From a virus (taxonomy: Duplodnaviria > Heunggongvirae > Uroviricota > Caudoviricetes): a DNA stretch of 25,326 nucleotides. A model generated the notes under the pieces. It saw only the letters and a program-made list of their open reading frames with translations. It was not told the origin of the DNA and did no database searches. Positions 1 to 10,092 of the stretch are shown in pieces. How positions within the stretch are numbered: position 1 is the stretch's first letter; every line of letters begins with the position of its first letter. Where the stretch lies: the IMG/VR virus record IMGVR_UViG_2565956724_000002; one strand, written 5' to 3'. Both the position numbers and the translations under genes were made by a program.

Positions 1-1149
<1,149 letters not shown>

Positions 1150-1159
1150 AGCGCCCCTA

Positions 1160-1187
1160 CAAAAAAGAAAAGCCACCAGCGGCGGCT
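1160..1187 (-). terminator. Putative intrinsic terminator downstream of ref
   Basis: On the minus strand a GCCGCC-GCU-GGUGGC hairpin is followed by a T-run (plus-strand A-run 1161-1170). Confidence 0.4.
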
Positions 1188-1337
1188 TAGCAATACAACT
1201 GAAGGTAGCGCCCGGTACTCAGACTGTGCCGTCCATGGAATATTTGAAAAGGGATCCATCCGTACCGGGCGTGTGATGATTCTGACTCAAGTCACTTGTC
1301 AGTTGTCAATCATTTAAGATTAAAAATAATATATTTA

Positions 1338-1898
1338 TTAGTGCATGATGTTTGCCATTTCATAGGCGTCAGCCAGCAACTCCATCTCTGACTTGTTCAA
1401 CAAGGTGAATTCTTTCTTGCCTCCTACCACGCCATCGGCATGAACAGGGACCAGCCAGGGGTATTTTTCTCTTACTTCAGCCGGTGCTGCATGCTGGTGG
1501 TGCCATCTGCAAAGGGGCAATTGCTTTTTGTGACAACCCGGCGCGGTACGACCGGAGATATGGTGCAGAGACACCTCTTCAGATATTACTCCATGCATGT
1601 AGCAGGCAATGCAGGGGAGAGTGCCAAGAGCATTGGCGATGGTCCGTTCCTCCGCCGTCGGTGTTCGCCCCTTCAAGCCACGAGATTTTATTTTTACCGC
1701 ACTTTTCCGCGTTTTGCTGGCTGGTGGGCGCTCTTTCTGTTTAGCGATACGGCGGTCGATAGAATCCCGCATTTTCTGATATTGCGATTCTCGCCAGGCG
1801 GGGTCAGCCAACTTTTCCCGTTGCCGAGCGATCGCTCGTTCTCTGGCTGCCTTCTGCCACTCGCGGCGCTGTTCAAGTTTTTGTTCGATTGTTTTCAT
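1338..1898 (-). CDS. ref: Ref, recombination enhancement function (HNH-type endonuclease), 186 aa
   Basis: From the internal Met, MKTIEQKLEQRREWQKAARERAIARQREKLADP... matches P1 Ref as I recall it. The HNH-like motif CRWHHQH is visible. The ORF track's N-terminal extension back to 1976 runs through a hairpin and is probably not translated. Confidence 0.88.
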   Translation of the reverse strand: MKTIEQKLEQRREWQKAARERAIARQREKLADPAWRESQYQKMRDSIDRRIAKQKERPPASKTRKSAVKIKSRGLKGRTPTAEERTIANALGTLPCIACYMHGVISEEVSLHHISGRTAPGCHKKQLPLCRWHHQHAAPAEVREKYPWLVPVHADGVVGGKKEFTLLNKSEMELLADAYEMANIMH

Positions 1899-1903
1899 AT
1901 GGC

Positions 1904-1929
1904 AAAAAAAAGGCGGCCTAATGGCCGCC
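1904..1929 (-). terminator. Hairpin plus T8 immediately 5' of the ref start codon (terminator or attenuator-like)
   Basis: Perfect stem GGCGGCC / GGCCGCC (1912-1918, 1923-1929) with loop TAAT. On the minus strand it is followed by eight T (plus-strand A8 at 1904-1911). Confidence 0.5.
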
Positions 1930-1996
1930 AATGATGTCAAGGAGTGAAGTAATGGCAACGTCTTCGTAGTTGACAAAAACTGCGGCTAAATTATAG

Positions 1997-2013
1997 CAAT
2001 CAATTAGAGCAAT
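1997..2013 (-). promoter_or_regulatory. C1 operator-like site upstream of ref (Op2-like)
   Basis: The reverse complement, ATTGCTCTAATTGATTG, matches the P1 C1 operator consensus ATTGCTCTAATAAATTT at 14 of 17 positions. Confidence 0.6.
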
Positions 2014-2145
2014 GGTAGATATTTTGTTTCTCGCGAATCACATTTTTTCACTTCAGTACCTGTGTGCTATACTCCTTCTTGATTGATTGGATGCGGAATA
2101 CAAACCCGCTCTTTTGTGCAGCCTGGCTCCTTGCCAGGCTTTTTT

Positions 2146-2457
2146 TTATTTCATCATGGAAGCTGTTAACGCTTTGGACCTTGCTGAACTGATTGAAAGG
2201 GCATTGTTTACCTTACCCAGGAGTTCGCCAAATTCCCCCATCACTCTAGTAAGCCCGCGCCGCGCTTCCTCCTCCGTTGCATTCATCACAAAATGTTCAG
2301 CACTCCGCATGCTTTTAACGGGGAACGCAACAGATATCGAGTCGATATCAGGCATCCTATCGCTCAACTTTACGGTGACAATGACAGATGGCGACAGAAT
2401 ATTAGTGCTTACAGACAGCACTACATATTTTCCGTCGATGTTGAAATCCTTTCTCAT
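2146..2457 (-). CDS. Hypothetical protein between cre and ref (cra-like by position)
   Basis: 103-aa minus-strand ORF, same strand as cre and ref. GGTGG sits just upstream of the ATG, and a C1 operator-like site lies at 2474-2490, immediately upstream. Confidence 0.5.
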   Translation of the reverse strand: MRKDFNIDGKYVVLSVSTNILSPSVIVTVKLSDRMPDIDSISVAFPVKSMRSAEHFVMNATEEEARRGLTRVMGEFGELLGKVNNALSISSARSKALTASMMK

Positions 2458-2473
2458 ATGCCACCATAAATAT

Positions 2474-2490
2474 CAAAGAATTAGAGCAAT
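2474..2490 (-). promoter_or_regulatory. C1 operator-like site between cre and the cra-like ORF
   Basis: The reverse complement, ATTGCTCTAATTCTTTG, matches the consensus through the core ATTGCTCTAAT (13 of 17). Confidence 0.5.
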
Positions 2491-2507
2491 CATTTACGCG
2501 TTAATGG

Positions 2508-3539
2508 CTAATTGCCATCTTCCAGCAGGCGCACCATTGCCCCTGTTTCACTATCCAGGTTACGGATATAGTTCATGACAATATTTACGTTGGTCCAGCC
2601 ACCAGCTTGCATGATCTCCGGTATTGAAACTCCGGCACGGGCCATATCTCGCGCGGCTCCGACACGGGCACTGTGTCCAGACCAGGCCAGGTACCTCTGT
2701 CCAGAGTCATCCTTAGCCCCGTAAATCAATCGGTGAGTTGCTTCAAAAATCCCTTCTAGGGCGCGAGTTGATAGCTGGCTGGTGGGTGATGGCGAGGCAA
2801 CACCATTTTTTCTGACCCGGCAAAACAGGTAGTTATTCGGATCATCAGCCACACCAGAGACAGAAATCCATCGCTCGACCAGTTTAGTTACCCCCAGGCT
2901 AAGTGCCTTCTCTACACCTGCGGTGCTAACCAGCGTTTTCGTTCTGCCAATATGGATTAACATTCTCCCACCGTCAGTACGTGAGATATCTTTAACCCTG
3001 ATCCTGGCAATTTCGGCTATACGTAACAGGGTGTTATAAGCAATCCCCAGAAATGCCAGATTACGTATATCCTGGCAGCGATCGCTATTTTCCATGAGTG
3101 AACGAACCTGGTCGAAATCAGTGCGTTCGAACGCTAGTGCCTGTTTTGCACGTTCACCGGCATCAACGTTTTCTTTTCGGATCCGCCGCATAACCAGTGA
3201 AACAGCATTGCTATCACTTGGTCGCGGCAGCCCGGACCGACGATGAAGCATGTTTAGCTGGCCCAAATGTTGCTGGATAGTTTTTACTGCCAGACCGCGC
3301 GCCTGAAGATATAGAAGATAATCGCGAACATCTTCAGGTTCTGCGGGAAACCATTTCCGGTTATTCAACTTGCACCATGCCGCCCACGACCGGCAAACGG
3401 ACAGAAGCATTTTCCAGGTATGCTCAGAAAACGCCTGGCGATCCCTGAACATGTCCATCAGGTTCTTGCGAACCTCATCACTCGTTGCATCGACCGGTAA
3501 TGCAGGCAAATTTTGGTGTACGGTCAGTAAATTGGACAT
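2508..3539 (-). CDS. cre: Cre site-specific tyrosine recombinase, 343 aa
   Basis: The translation MSNLLTVHQNLPALPVDATSDEVRKNLMDMFRDRQAFSEHTWKMLLSVCRSW... is essentially P1 Cre end to end. ATG confirmed at 3539-3537. Confidence 0.97.
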   Translation of the reverse strand: MSNLLTVHQNLPALPVDATSDEVRKNLMDMFRDRQAFSEHTWKMLLSVCRSWAAWCKLNNRKWFPAEPEDVRDYLLYLQARGLAVKTIQQHLGQLNMLHRRSGLPRPSDSNAVSLVMRRIRKENVDAGERAKQALAFERTDFDQVRSLMENSDRCQDIRNLAFLGIAYNTLLRIAEIARIRVKDISRTDGGRMLIHIGRTKTLVSTAGVEKALSLGVTKLVERWISVSGVADDPNNYLFCRVRKNGVASPSPTSQLSTRALEGIFEATHRLIYGAKDDSGQRYLAWSGHSARVGAARDMARAGVSIPEIMQAGGWTNVNIVMNYIRNLDSETGAMVRLLEDGN

Positions 3540-3546
3540 TTAACAC

Positions 3547-3768
3547 TCAGATAATGGTTTTAAGTAAAGTGTACAGGATCGGCTCTGCCTTTACCTGTTT
3601 ATGGTTCTCGTCATAGAAACGCCAGCGACCGCGCGTGCGTTCTATTTTCTCTTCACCGCGCGATAATGACAGTTGGCAACTATCACGATCAAACCCTTTT
3701 GCCCGCCAGTAACCACGGTTTTTCTCAAGCTCAAGATGAGTGGACACTTTAGCAGCTGAATATCCCAT
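3547..3768 (-). CDS. Small hypothetical ORF (73 aa) in the loxP-cre interval
   Basis: ATG preceded by GAGGTG at good spacing. No homology recognised, and it overlaps the expected cre promoter region. Confidence 0.25.
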   Translation of the reverse strand: MGYSAAKVSTHLELEKNRGYWRAKGFDRDSCQLSLSRGEEKIERTRGRWRFYDENHKQVKAEPILYTLLKTII

Positions 3769-3864
3769 TTTTCACCTCTGATTGATTGGTGGTGCTAAGT
3801 GCGCTACGCGAAATCTGGAGTACTAACACTGCCAACATTTCGCAGATTTTACGTAGCGCAACCT

Positions 3865-3939
3865 TGATCAAATGATCAAGTGATCACTATTTGACCTGAT
3901 AAGGTATTGAACTGTATGGATTTACAGGTGAATTGATCA
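3865..3939. promoter_or_regulatory. Cluster of four TGATCA (Dam GATC) hexamers upstream of cre
   Basis: TGATCA at 3865-3870, 3873-3878, 3881-3886 and 3934-3939. This is consistent with the described Dam-sensitive cre promoter region of P1. Confidence 0.6.
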
Positions 3940-3957
3940 TGTTCAATAACCCTTAAG

Positions 3958-3991
3958 ATAACTTCGTATAATGTATGCTATACGAAGTTAT
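3958..3991. other. loxP: loxP recombination site (34 bp)
   Basis: Exact ATAACTTCGTATA-ATGTATGC-TATACGAAGTTAT: two 13-bp inverted repeats around the 8-bp spacer. Confidence 0.98.
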
Positions 3992-4034
3992 CAGGTCAGA
4001 AGAGGAGTTTACGTCCAGCTGCGCACAAAAATCA

Positions 4035-4051
4035 AGAATTATTAGAGCAAT
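4035..4051 (-). promoter_or_regulatory. C1 operator-like site (Op99-like) in immC
   Basis: The reverse complement, ATTGCTCTAATAATTCT, matches the consensus at 15 of 17. Confidence 0.6.
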
Positions 4052-4111
4052 AAATTTTGAGAGAAAAATCCCACTCCACCAGCTAAAAACTGGATTGTTT
4101 TTCATAGTTGT

Positions 4112-4138
4112 TTGACAATTGCTCTAATAAATTATAGT
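4112..4138 (+). promoter_or_regulatory. Putative coi/c1 promoter with an overlapping C1 operator (Op99a-like)
   Basis: TTGACA at 4112-4117 directly abuts ATTGCTCTAATAAATTA (4118-4134, 16 of 17 to consensus), with TATAGT at 4133-4138 as a possible -10. Confidence 0.65.
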
Positions 4139-4372
4139 TTTGCCGCCGTTTCGTAATACGACTTTGGATTCACTATTTAATGTGTCTTCAGCGTTGTAGA
4201 GCGGCTCAGAAGGAAATGAGCAAACAGGGAAACCTTATACAACGGCATTACAGCTATGCATTGCTCATCTTACACACAGCGCAATGTTGTTAGATTACCC
4301 CAGCATGGATCATGGGTGAAACAGTAGGTCAGAGCTTCAGGCTCTGTGTTGTCAATACAGTGAGACATAATT

Positions 4373-4582
4373 ATGGCTTTCATTCAACCAACCATCGACG
4401 ACGTTAGACATTGCTCTAACGCTTTATCTGTAGACCCTGCCGAAACCGACGCTGCCCGCGCCATTGCTGAACACTACTCAAAGATATCCAATCAGGAGTA
4501 CCGCATCACCCAAGACGACCTGGATGACCTCACTGACACAATCGAATATCTCATGGCAACTAACCAGTTAGACTCACAATAA
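4373..4582 (+). CDS. coi: Coi, C1 inactivator, 69 aa
   Basis: 69-aa ORF directly upstream of c1, the length and position of P1 coi. Sequence MAFIQPTIDDVRHCSNALSVDPAETD... Confidence 0.85.
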   Translation: MAFIQPTIDDVRHCSNALSVDPAETDAARAIAEHYSKISNQEYRITQDDLDDLTDTIEYLMATNQLDSQ

Positions 4583-4692
4583 ATGCACTAATAAATCTAT
4601 TATTTTTGTTTGATCCCTCTATAATATAGGTCAGTAATGACCGGTTTTCTCAGCCGGGCGTTATTGACCATGTCAATTCTGGAGGAGGATCA

Positions 4693-5544
4693 ATGATAAA
4701 TTATGTCTACGGCGAACAACTGTACCAGGAGTTCGTCAGCTTCAGGGATCTCTTTCTAAAAAAAGCTGTTGCACGCGCCCAACACGTTGATACAGCCAGC
4801 GACGGTCGTCCTGTACGCCCGGTTGTCGTTCTACCGTTCAAAGAAACTGACAGCATTCAGGCTGAAATTGATAAATGGACTTTAATGGCGCGGGAACTGG
4901 AACAGTACCCAGACCTCAATATCCCAAAGACTATTTTATATCCAGTGCCTAACATCCTTCGCGGTGTGCGTAAGGTTACAACTTATCAGACAGAAGCTGT
5001 GAACAGCGTCAACATGACCGCTGGCCGCATTATTCATCTGATTGATAAGGACATTCGCATCCAAAAAAGCGCGGGGATCAATGAGCACAGTGCGAAATAC
5101 ATAGAGAACCTGGAAGCAACAAAAGAGCTAATGAAGCAGTACCCGGAGGATGAAAAATTCCGTATGCGCGTACACGGCTTTAGCGAAACAATGCTGCGCG
5201 TCCACTACATTTCCAGTAGCCCTAACTACAATGATGGTAAATCAGTTAGTTACCATGTGCCACTGTGTGGCGTGTTTATCTGCGATGAAACTCTCCGTGA
5301 TGGAATTATCATCAACGGTGAATTCGAAAAAGCAAAATTTAGCCTTTATGACTCCATAGAACCGATCATCTGCGACCGCTGGCCGCAAGCAAAAATATAT
5401 CGCCTGGCAGATATTGAAAATGTAAAAAAACAAATTGCCATCACTCGCGAAGAGAAAAAGGTTAAGTCAGCCGCATCAGTTACGCGCAGCCGTAAAACCA
5501 AGAAGGGGCAGCCAGTAAACGACAACCCCGAAAGCGCGCAATAA
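4693..5544 (+). CDS. c1: C1 repressor of lysis, 283 aa
   Basis: MINYVYGEQLYQEFVSFRDLFLKKAVARAQ... matches P1 C1 in sequence and length. Strong RBS GGAGGAGG upstream of the ATG at 4693. Confidence 0.95.
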   Translation: MINYVYGEQLYQEFVSFRDLFLKKAVARAQHVDTASDGRPVRPVVVLPFKETDSIQAEIDKWTLMARELEQYPDLNIPKTILYPVPNILRGVRKVTTYQTEAVNSVNMTAGRIIHLIDKDIRIQKSAGINEHSAKYIENLEATKELMKQYPEDEKFRMRVHGFSETMLRVHYISSSPNYNDGKSVSYHVPLCGVFICDETLRDGIIINGEFEKAKFSLYDSIEPIICDRWPQAKIYRLADIENVKKQIAITREEKKVKSAASVTRSRKTKKGQPVNDNPESAQ

Positions 5545-5549
5545 ATTAT

Positions 5550-5567
5550 GCCCGGCATCAACCGGGC
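5550..5567. terminator. Hairpin between the convergent c1 and antirepressor-like genes (possible bidirectional terminator)
   Basis: Stem GCCCGG / CCGGGC with loop CATCAA, flanked by moderately U-rich sequence on both strands. Confidence 0.45.
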
Positions 5568-5576
5568 ATTCTTCCA

Positions 5577-6695
5577 TTATTCAGCCGCCACCGGTTTTAA
5601 CAAGCCAGCATCGAGCAGTTTACGCGTCAACCACTGCTGGCCTTTACCCGTTAATTGAGGCGTCAACCGTATCTGGTAGCCATCTTCATCATCCAGCACC
5701 ACTTCTTTCACCGTGAAATACCCCGCGTTGATGTACTGCTGGAACGGCACATTTTTACGTCCACCGGACGCTATCAGGATGCCGTTCTCCCGTAACCAGA
5801 CAAACAGCGCGTTTTGCTTAAGTCCAACAACCTTTGCAAAATTCCCAATCAGGATCCCTTTAGCTACTGATACCCGGTCGGCAAAATCGACTTTAGGAGC
5901 GGCGGCCACCAGCTGCTGATTTAGCTGGTGGGCTTTCTGTTCCAGAAGTTGCTTTTGTTCAGCCAGTTCGGCAGCCAGGCGTAGGGCTTCAGGAAGCGTC
6001 TGGGGGATTGCGATCGGTTGCTGTTCTTTTTGTCGGAAGTAGCTGTCTTCCAGTTTTTCAAAGAATGCCCATGCCTGATCGGTTTCGAGCATTTTAGCGT
6101 GGCGGGCTGCGCCGCGTTCTGTCCAGAGGGTGAGTGAGCGAACATTGCGAGCAATTTTTACAGAGTAGTTTAAAGCTACTCTGTGCTTCAACTCGCGCAA
6201 TGATTCTCCTTCAACTTTGAAAAAGTGCTTCCCTTCAACAAAGCGTACTTTGTTCTCATGATGATTTTGGCGAATACGGATTGTTTCTGTCCCATACCCT
6301 CTAGCAAGAGTCTCGGTTGTCACTACACGCACTCCCTGCCATTCCAGAACGGGAATTTCATCAGACTGATTCTGAACAACCACCAGCTCCGATTCCTGAA
6401 CTGAAGGTGCATGAATTTTTTCTGATTTAACGTTAGTTGCTTTCATTCTGTGTGCCTCCTTGCGTGATTCGGCTGCGGCGGTTGCGTAATTCAGATGCCC
6501 CTGTTCGAGCAGGTATTCGCGGATATCAGACAGCAGGATGCGGTGAACTGCGTTCTTGTCCTTTCTCCGGTAAAGTTGTTTGGTGATCATGAAGTAGTTG
6601 GCAATAACGCCCGGTATATCCCTAGTACTGATACAGGCAGTGTGCTGTTCAATTGCCTCGATCATCTCTTCACGGGTAACTAATGACGTTCTCAT
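5577..6695 (-). CDS. Phage antirepressor-like protein (ORF6N/Bro-N-like central region, KilA-C-like C-terminus), 372 aa
   Basis: The central segment VLEWQGVRVVTTETLARGYGTETIRIRQNHHENKVRFVEGKHFFKVEGESL and the C-terminal segment ...LFVWLRENGILIASGGRKNVPFQQYINAGYFTVKEV... resemble these domain families from memory. The ATG overlaps the upstream ORF's stop (ATGA). Confidence 0.6.
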   Translation of the reverse strand: MRTSLVTREEMIEAIEQHTACISTRDIPGVIANYFMITKQLYRRKDKNAVHRILLSDIREYLLEQGHLNYATAAAESRKEAHRMKATNVKSEKIHAPSVQESELVVVQNQSDEIPVLEWQGVRVVTTETLARGYGTETIRIRQNHHENKVRFVEGKHFFKVEGESLRELKHRVALNYSVKIARNVRSLTLWTERGAARHAKMLETDQAWAFFEKLEDSYFRQKEQQPIAIPQTLPEALRLAAELAEQKQLLEQKAHQLNQQLVAAAPKVDFADRVSVAKGILIGNFAKVVGLKQNALFVWLRENGILIASGGRKNVPFQQYINAGYFTVKEVVLDDEDGYQIRLTPQLTGKGQQWLTRKLLDAGLLKPVAAE

Positions 6696-6913
6696 AGTCC
6701 CTCCTGAGCAGAAGCGTTAACAGGGAGGCACCAGTAACTGAGAGAATTGCGTGAATCAGTGGAAAAACGGGCAGAGAAAATACATGGGGCGTCAGGAAGC
6801 TGAGAATGGGCCTCATCTTCTGTCGGTGCAATAACGAAGTGATAGTGACGTTTTTGGCAGGAGTAAAAGCGCCAGATAAATTCAGGATGAATTGGGGTAG
6901 GGACAGTAGCCAT
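6692..6913 (-). CDS. Small hypothetical protein (73 aa), translationally coupled to the antirepressor-like gene
   Basis: AAAGGAGG lies about 8 nt upstream of the ATG at 6913. The stop overlaps the downstream start by 4 nt. Confidence 0.5.
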   Translation of the reverse strand: MATVPTPIHPEFIWRFYSCQKRHYHFVIAPTEDEAHSQLPDAPCIFSARFSTDSRNSLSYWCLPVNASAQEGL

Positions 6914-7098
6914 AATGGCAGCCTCCTTTGACTAAGTTAAGGAGCTACCGCGTGAGGTCTCAATCTCAATGGCGGTAGCACTGACTGGGTTGAGACTACC
7001 GGCGTCAAAGGGAACCGGCCTGCCTTTCGGCAGCCCAGCCAGCACTACCATTGATTTCGGAGCTAAACGCTACGTATGGCTGTGCGATGGCATGACAC

Positions 7099-7120
7099 AA
7101 AAAAAGACGCTTTCGGCGTC
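7099..7120 (-). terminator. Intrinsic terminator, minus strand (pacB 3' end and/or attenuator in the leader of the downstream operon)
   Basis: Stem GACGC / GCGTC (7106-7110, 7116-7120) with loop CGAAA on the minus strand, followed by U7 (plus-strand A7 at 7099-7105). Confidence 0.6.
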
Positions 7121-7244
7121 TGTGTCGCCTTTGACATTATCCGGGGTCTCAATCCCGGCACCCGTTTTAATGAGGTGCCTGATAAGCATAAACCGAAAAT
7201 GCCTCAAGGCGCAAGAGGTCAGGTTCAATGTAACATCGGCAGTC

Positions 7245-7261
7245 AAAAAACACAATTTATT
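7245..7261 (-). promoter_or_regulatory. C1 operator-like site just downstream of the pacB stop
   Basis: The reverse complement, CTTGCTCTAATAAATTG, matches the consensus at 15 of 17. Confidence 0.6.
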
Positions 7262-8463
7262 AGAGCAAGTGTTTATTCATTAAGCCATGCCAGAGCTTCA
7301 TCAACCTGCGCTTCGTCTTCGACGCTAAGCACTTCGTCCTGGGGAACATAATCCGCCAGCATAGCGAAACAATATGTATCCCAATGGTCTGGTGAGTGCA
7401 GGTTGAGTTTTTTCTTCATATCCTCCTTACTCATCACCTTCCATTGACCTGCGGAGTTAATCCCTACAGGGATTTTCGACGCTTCCTCAATAGTTTCATT
7501 ACCCTTATCCAGTCTCATACGACCAGATTTTACGGCCTCTGCGGCTTGAACGTTGGCATAAGCACGTTTATCAAAGTACAGGCTCTTATCTTCACGGCTA
7601 TGCATCTTTTTACCCCAGCGTATACGCTGTACGGTAATACCATAATACTCGTACATCAGATCCGCCGTTGCTTTACCCAGGCCATCGCCGTCTATCGCTA
7701 TGGTGATATTGGGGAATCGCTCAGGATTACATTCTGCGAAAATTTTGGCGGCAAGCTGCGTTTCTGTAACGTCTGTGTATTCCAGCATTCGATAGTTGAT
7801 TACACGGCGTTTATTTCGCTGGCCGGACACCATCATGATATTGATAAAGGACTTATCCCGTCCTGTACCACCAGCAACGTCCACACATGCAAGCCAGCCC
7901 CATCCTTTGGCAATCTTGACTTTCCGCCGCGTCGCACGTTCAACCTCATCACGTCCAAGAAGGAAGCCGTCCTGTAATTTAGGGAATAGGCCGCGTACCT
8001 TAATCATGTACATAGGGTTATCACGCCCGCCGTACTCCGCCAGCTTCATTTTGATAAATTCTGACGTTACCAGCGGTGATTCCTCACTGTTAAGCGTGAT
8101 CGCCGTATAAACGCCATCTGGGTTACCAGGACGCTTGGCCAGTTTATGGTGAGTATCGTAGAAATAGCCGCTTGGGCGTGTAGGCTGTGACAGTAATAAG
8201 ATGCGGTTATCCTGTCCGGTAAGAGCACCGGTGATGATACCGAAAGCTCTATCACTGACACCGGAGGCTTCATCGATAATATACAGAAGATGATCTGCGT
8301 GTTCACCGGCGAGAACTTCTTCACTTCCCAGACGAAAGCCCTTCGGTACTACAGTCCATACACCTTTACCAGTAGACTGGCCCCCTGAATCTCCAGACAA
8401 CCAGTATCACTTATTTAAGTGATAGTCTTAATACTAGTTTTTAGACTAGTCATTGGAGAGCAG

Positions 8464-8829
8464 ATGATTGATGTCTTAGGACCGGAGAAACGCAGACGGC
8501 GTACCACACAGGAAAAGATCGCAATTGTTCAGCAGAGTTTTGAACCGGGGATGACGGTCTCCCTCGTTGCCCGGCAACATGGTGTAGCAGCCAGCCAGTT
8601 ATTTCTCTGGCGTAAGCAATACCAGGAAGGAAGTCTTACTGCTGTCGCCGCCGGAGAACAGGTTGTTCCTGCCTCTGAACTTGCTGCCGCCATGAAGCAG
8701 ATTAAAGAACTCCAGCGCCTGCTCGGCAAGAAAACGATGGAAAATGAACTCCTCAAAGAAGCCGTTGAATATGGACGGGCAAAAAAGTGGATAGCGCACG
8801 CGCCCTTATTGCCCGGGGATGGGGAGTAA
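8464..8829 (+). CDS. insC: IS2 OrfA (InsC)
   Basis: [56 protein letters not shown]... Confidence 0.93.
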
Positions 8830-9692
8830 GCTTAGTCAGCCGTTGTCTCCGGGTGTCGCGTGCGCAGTTGCACGTCATTCTCAGACGAACCGATGACTGG
8901 ATGGATGGCCGCCGCAGTCGTCACACTGATGATACGGATGTGCTTCTCCGTATACACCATGTTATCGGAGAGCTGCCCACGTATGGTTATCGTCGGGTAT
9001 GGGCGCTGCTTCGCAGACAGGCAGAACTTGATGGTATGCCTGCGATCAATGCCAAACGTGTTTACCGGATCATGCGCCAGAATGCGCTGTTGCTTGAGCG
9101 AAAACCTGCTGTACCGCCATCGAAACGGGCACATACAGGCAGAGTGGCTGTGAAAGAAAGTAATCAGCGATGGTGCTCTGACGGGTTCGAGTTCCGCTGT
9201 GATAACGGAGAAAAACTGCGAGTCACGTTCGCGCTGGACTGCTGTGACCGTGAGGCACTGCACTGGGCGGTCACTACGGGCGGCTTCAACAGTGAAACAG
9301 TACAGGACGTCATGCTGGGAGCGGTGGAACGCCGCTTCGGCAACGAGCTTCCGGCGTCTCCAGTAGAGTGGCTGACGGATAATGGTTCATGCTACCGGGC
9401 TAATGAAACACGGCAGTTTGCCCGGATGTTGGGGCTTGAACCGAAGAGCACGGCGGTGCGGAGTCCGGAGAGTAACGGCATAGCAGAGAGCTTCGTGAAA
9501 ACGATAAAGCGTGACTACATCAGTGTCATGCCCAAACCAGACGGGTTAACGGCAGCAAAGAACCTTGCAGAGGCGTTCGAGCATTATAACGAATGGCATC
9601 CGCATAGTGCACTGGGTTATCGCTCGCCACGGGAATATCTACGGCAGCAAGCCAGTAATGGGTTAAGTGATAACAGGTGTCTGGAAATATAG
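8787..9692 (+). CDS. insD: IS2 OrfB (InsD) transposase
   Basis: [34 protein letters not shown]... contains a DDE-type integrase core and overlaps insC in the usual IS3-family arrangement. Confidence 0.93.
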
Positions 9693-10092
9693 GGGCAAAT
9701 CCAACCAGTAACCTCATAGAAAGCGGTTTCTGTCAGAACAAAATAATCAGCAAGCCATGGAAAACGGCTGGTGGCAGTAGCCCAGTTTATCTTGATGTAC
9801 TTGAATATACCGGTCATTACCTGCTGAATTTTGTTCGCAACGATAATGGCGCGGGCACCGGGATACATGATTATGAACAACATGATCATGATAGAAGTCA
9901 TGTCTGATTTCCCGGTACCGTGACCAGACGAAACAGATGTCTTGCTACCCTGTTCCTGCACAGACTCAATAATCAGATCCTGCTGCCAGGTAGGTGTTTT
10001 GCCGAACAAAACATCAGCGGCCGCAATCCAGTCATAACGATATAGCGCCACCAGCTCGCGCCAACGTGGATCCGTTACGCAACTTCTGGCCA

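Larger units (their letters stand above)
8373..9703 (+). mobile_element. IS2, complete (1331 bp), with 5-bp target duplication ACCAG
   Basis: Ends TAGACTGGCCCCCTGAATCTCCAGACA... and ...TGTCTGGAAATATAGGGGCAAATCCA. ACCAG occurs at 8368-8372 and at 9704-9708. Confidence 0.95.

Noticed and set aside
1440-1934. 164-aa plus-strand ORF (and 1484..1744)
   Set aside because: Antisense to ref, which is confidently assigned on the minus strand.
2087-2578. 163-aa plus-strand ORF overlapping the cra-like gene and the cre 3' end
   Set aside because: It overlaps confidently placed minus-strand genes and a C1 operator, and has no credible start context. The minus-strand 103-aa ORF fits the operon structure better.
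7396-7977. 193-aa plus-strand ORF
   Set aside because: It lies entirely antisense within the pacB coding region and has no recognisable motifs or RBS. Most likely spurious.
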